Source of the DNA: a virus | Reading direction: 5' to 3' (one strand) | Length of the DNA: 64,000 nt | IMG/VR virus record: IMGVR_UViG_3300022538_000472 | Location: 35,139 to 99,138 of that record | Shown here: positions 62,125 to 64,000 of the stretch, one piece after another | How the letters are laid out: the number at the start of each line of letters is the position of its first letter | Numbering within the stretch: the stretch's first letter is position 1 | Program-made: the position numbers and the translations under genes | Notes under the pieces: model-generated | Seen by the model: only the letters and a program-made list of their open reading frames with translations | Database searches by the model: none | What the model was told of the DNA's origin: nothing

Positions 62125-62340
62125 ATGTCTGAGAAAACATTCGTAGTAACTGAGGGCACGCTGCAAGCTGCTCTGTCCGACGCCAGAGCGAGAGTGGCGG
62201 CAGCCAACGAAGAGATTGACGACCTGGCCGAGAAGGGTTGCACTCGTAGCAATAGCAGCCAGATGTGTTCTGCCATAATGGTCGTGGAATACGGCCAGCA
62301 GCATATTGCACGACTGCTAGGACTGCTATATGGAAAGTAG
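62125..62340 (+). CDS. Small early-type ORF
   Basis: AAGGAG RBS before ATG 62125. Confidence 0.55.
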   Translation: MSEKTFVVTEGTLQAALSDARARVAAANEEIDDLAEKGCTRSNSSQMCSAIMVVEYGQQHIARLLGLLYGK

Positions 62341-62404
62341 CCCCCTCTCCCCCCGCCACCGGGCTATCGACGCCCGGCAGCCGAACCGAAAGAAAAGGAG
62401 AGCA

Positions 62405-62608
62405 ATGAACGCAAGTGAAGCATATATAGAATACGCCAACGCGCGGGCAACAGCATGGGCAATCCACGACGCGCTGGTAGCTGACGGCAAGGTGTCTTGT
62501 GTTGAGGACCTGGATATATGTGAAGGATACCAAGCGGCAGTTGAAAAGGAACATATCGCCTGGGTACGCTACTTGGAAATATGCAAGGCTTCACTACAAG
62601 GGAAGTAG
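62405..62608 (+). CDS. Small early-type ORF
   Basis: AAGGAG RBS before ATG 62405. Confidence 0.55.
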   Translation: MNASEAYIEYANARATAWAIHDALVADGKVSCVEDLDICEGYQAAVEKEHIAWVRYLEICKASLQGK

Positions 62609-62723
62609 CCAGCCCTCAACCGGGCCGCAATACCCGGCAGCCGAACCGACGGCAGCCCGCCCGGCGACTTGCGCCGGGTACGCGAGAGCGACCGGGGAAG
62701 CTGGAGGGACTAAGGGGGTAAAA

Positions 62724-62936
62724 ATGGAAAGGCAAGATTGTAGTTTTTGCGGATGGACTGATGGCGAACATGCACCTGGGTGCCCGTACAATCCAAAGTA
62801 CAACACAGACTACGCATATACCCAAGGTGGAGGAGTAGTCCGCTGGGATAGTATTAATGCCCGTTGGGTCTTTACAGAGCCCCCGGAAGGATTCAGGCCA
62901 GGTGACTTTATGCCTGAAGAATGGGGAATAGTCTAG
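62724..62936 (+). CDS. Small early-type ORF with CxxC
   Basis: AAGGGGG RBS before ATG 62724. Confidence 0.55.
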   Translation: MERQDCSFCGWTDGEHAPGCPYNPKYNTDYAYTQGGGVVRWDSINARWVFTEPPEGFRPGDFMPEEWGIV

Positions 62937-62991
62937 AGCCACCGGGGAGGCTGGAGGGAGGCTATCAGTTTATACTCATAAGGAGGTTAAC

Positions 62992-63195
62992 ATGTTAGAC
63001 ATGAGCAAATTCTGGGAATCGCTACAACAGGCAGCGCAGGAGTTGGGCGGAGAGATTACCCAGACCTCTACCCAGATAGCAGATGGGCGCAAGCGGTGGC
63101 CTGGCGCTATCCGCACCGCCATAATTGAGACACCAGAGGGGCTAGTGAATCTTCACAGAGTAGATTGCTATGGCTGGTGCAAAAGTATCACTTGA
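62992..63195 (+). CDS. Small early-type ORF
   Basis: AAGGAGG RBS. Confidence 0.6.
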   Translation: MLDMSKFWESLQQAAQELGGEITQTSTQIADGRKRWPGAIRTAIIETPEGLVNLHRVDCYGWCKSIT

Positions 63196-63358
63196 CAAAA
63201 CGACGCAGGGCCTCGGCCCTCGTCACGTCGGCGCGAGAGTCAAGCCAGTGGTAAGAAGCGGAAACGGTAGATATTAGAGATTGGCTTTTTATCGCCCACT
63301 CACCCGTTCCGACGTGACGGCGACCGAGACGGTAGCCAATTCAAAGGAGGTAACGTAA

Positions 63359-63625
63359 ATGGACGAAGCGTACTTTTTAACTGTAAATTGGTGCAACAAA
63401 GGACAGCGTGGCATATTCTGTGATACCGAGGGACATTGTTTTCGCAAGGACAATGAACCCCACACGGCGTTGGAAATGCAAGAGATTCTTGGACCATTCT
63501 GGATAATCCTTGAGCCGGAATCAGCAGCGTTCAATACACAACAGGTGTCAGAATACTGCCAATGGATACCGCTAGCAGAGTATTCCAATCAATTTGGCAT
63601 TGCATTGCTGTTCGCAGAGGAGTAA
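63359..63625 (+). CDS. Small early-type ORF
   Basis: AAGGAGG RBS. Confidence 0.6.
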   Translation: MDEAYFLTVNWCNKGQRGIFCDTEGHCFRKDNEPHTALEMQEILGPFWIILEPESAAFNTQQVSEYCQWIPLAEYSNQFGIALLFAEE

Positions 63626-63688
63626 TCCACGCATCCCGTTCCGGCCCCGGCGCTGAGACAGGAGCGCCCTACCCTACACGAGGAGGAA

Positions 63689-63919
63689 ATGATGAGCAAC
63701 TATTGGCAGGCGAGGACGCATACAGAAAAACACGTTTGTCCAAAGTGCAAGCAGGAAATCGCCGCCCTCGTCACAGTGCCGCAAACCGGCTTCGGCGACA
63801 CAGGGATTATGGTGAACTTTGAGAATCGCTGTGAGCACCTGGGTATTGACGGCATGTCATACTCATATGAAGTTTACGAGTGCTCACTGGAACTGGCTAT
63901 CAAAGACTGCTTTGATTAA
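63689..63919 (+). CDS. Small early-type Zn-ribbon ORF
   Basis: GAGGAGG RBS; CPKC motif. Confidence 0.6.
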   Translation: MMSNYWQARTHTEKHVCPKCKQEIAALVTVPQTGFGDTGIMVNFENRCEHLGIDGMSYSYEVYECSLELAIKDCFD

Positions 63920-64000
63920 CCCGCGCATCCCGTTCCGGCCCCGGCGCTGGGACGGGAGCACCCCACCCTAACGAGGAGATAGCGATGAGTTTCGACCAAT

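Noticed and set aside
1-64000. TAG stop-codon reassignment suggested by the CTA-anticodon tRNA-like gene
   Set aside because: Long genes translate without internal TAG in the standard code, and genes such as the capsid gene end at TAG.
1-64000. Specific host assignment or prophage boundaries
   Set aside because: No host genes, integrase or att site are identifiable in this window, so host taxonomy cannot be supported without searches.

Overview
This is a 64-kb segment of a large tailed dsDNA phage or prophage genome of siphovirus-like layout. No integrase, replication module or host genes are seen. Almost all of 1-58.4 kb is transcribed leftward. Read in transcription order it holds small accessory ORFs, MazG, a tRNA-like gene, TerS/TerL, an intein-containing giant portal, a head morphogenesis protein, a holin-like gene, a protease/scaffold, the major capsid protein, a ~23-kb glycan-modification cluster, then head-tail, tail tube, tail chaperone and tape measure genes. 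From ~58.6 kb a rightward early-type region of short ORFs begins. Three cassettes sit antisense inside the leftward region, each with its own sigma70 promoter: an HNH endonuclease, a LAGLIDADG endonuclease, and a TIGR-Tas-type RNA-guided locus. The TIGR locus has a structured leader, an unknown ORF, a 19-unit 36-nt dual-spacer array and a nuclease-less Nop-domain (TasA-like) protein. The other main finding is a 99-nt double-T-loop structured RNA present in two covarying copies (24.3 and 38.9 kb). Several further promoter- or stem-bounded small RNA candidates are reported. All calls were made by eye from motifs; no database searches were run.
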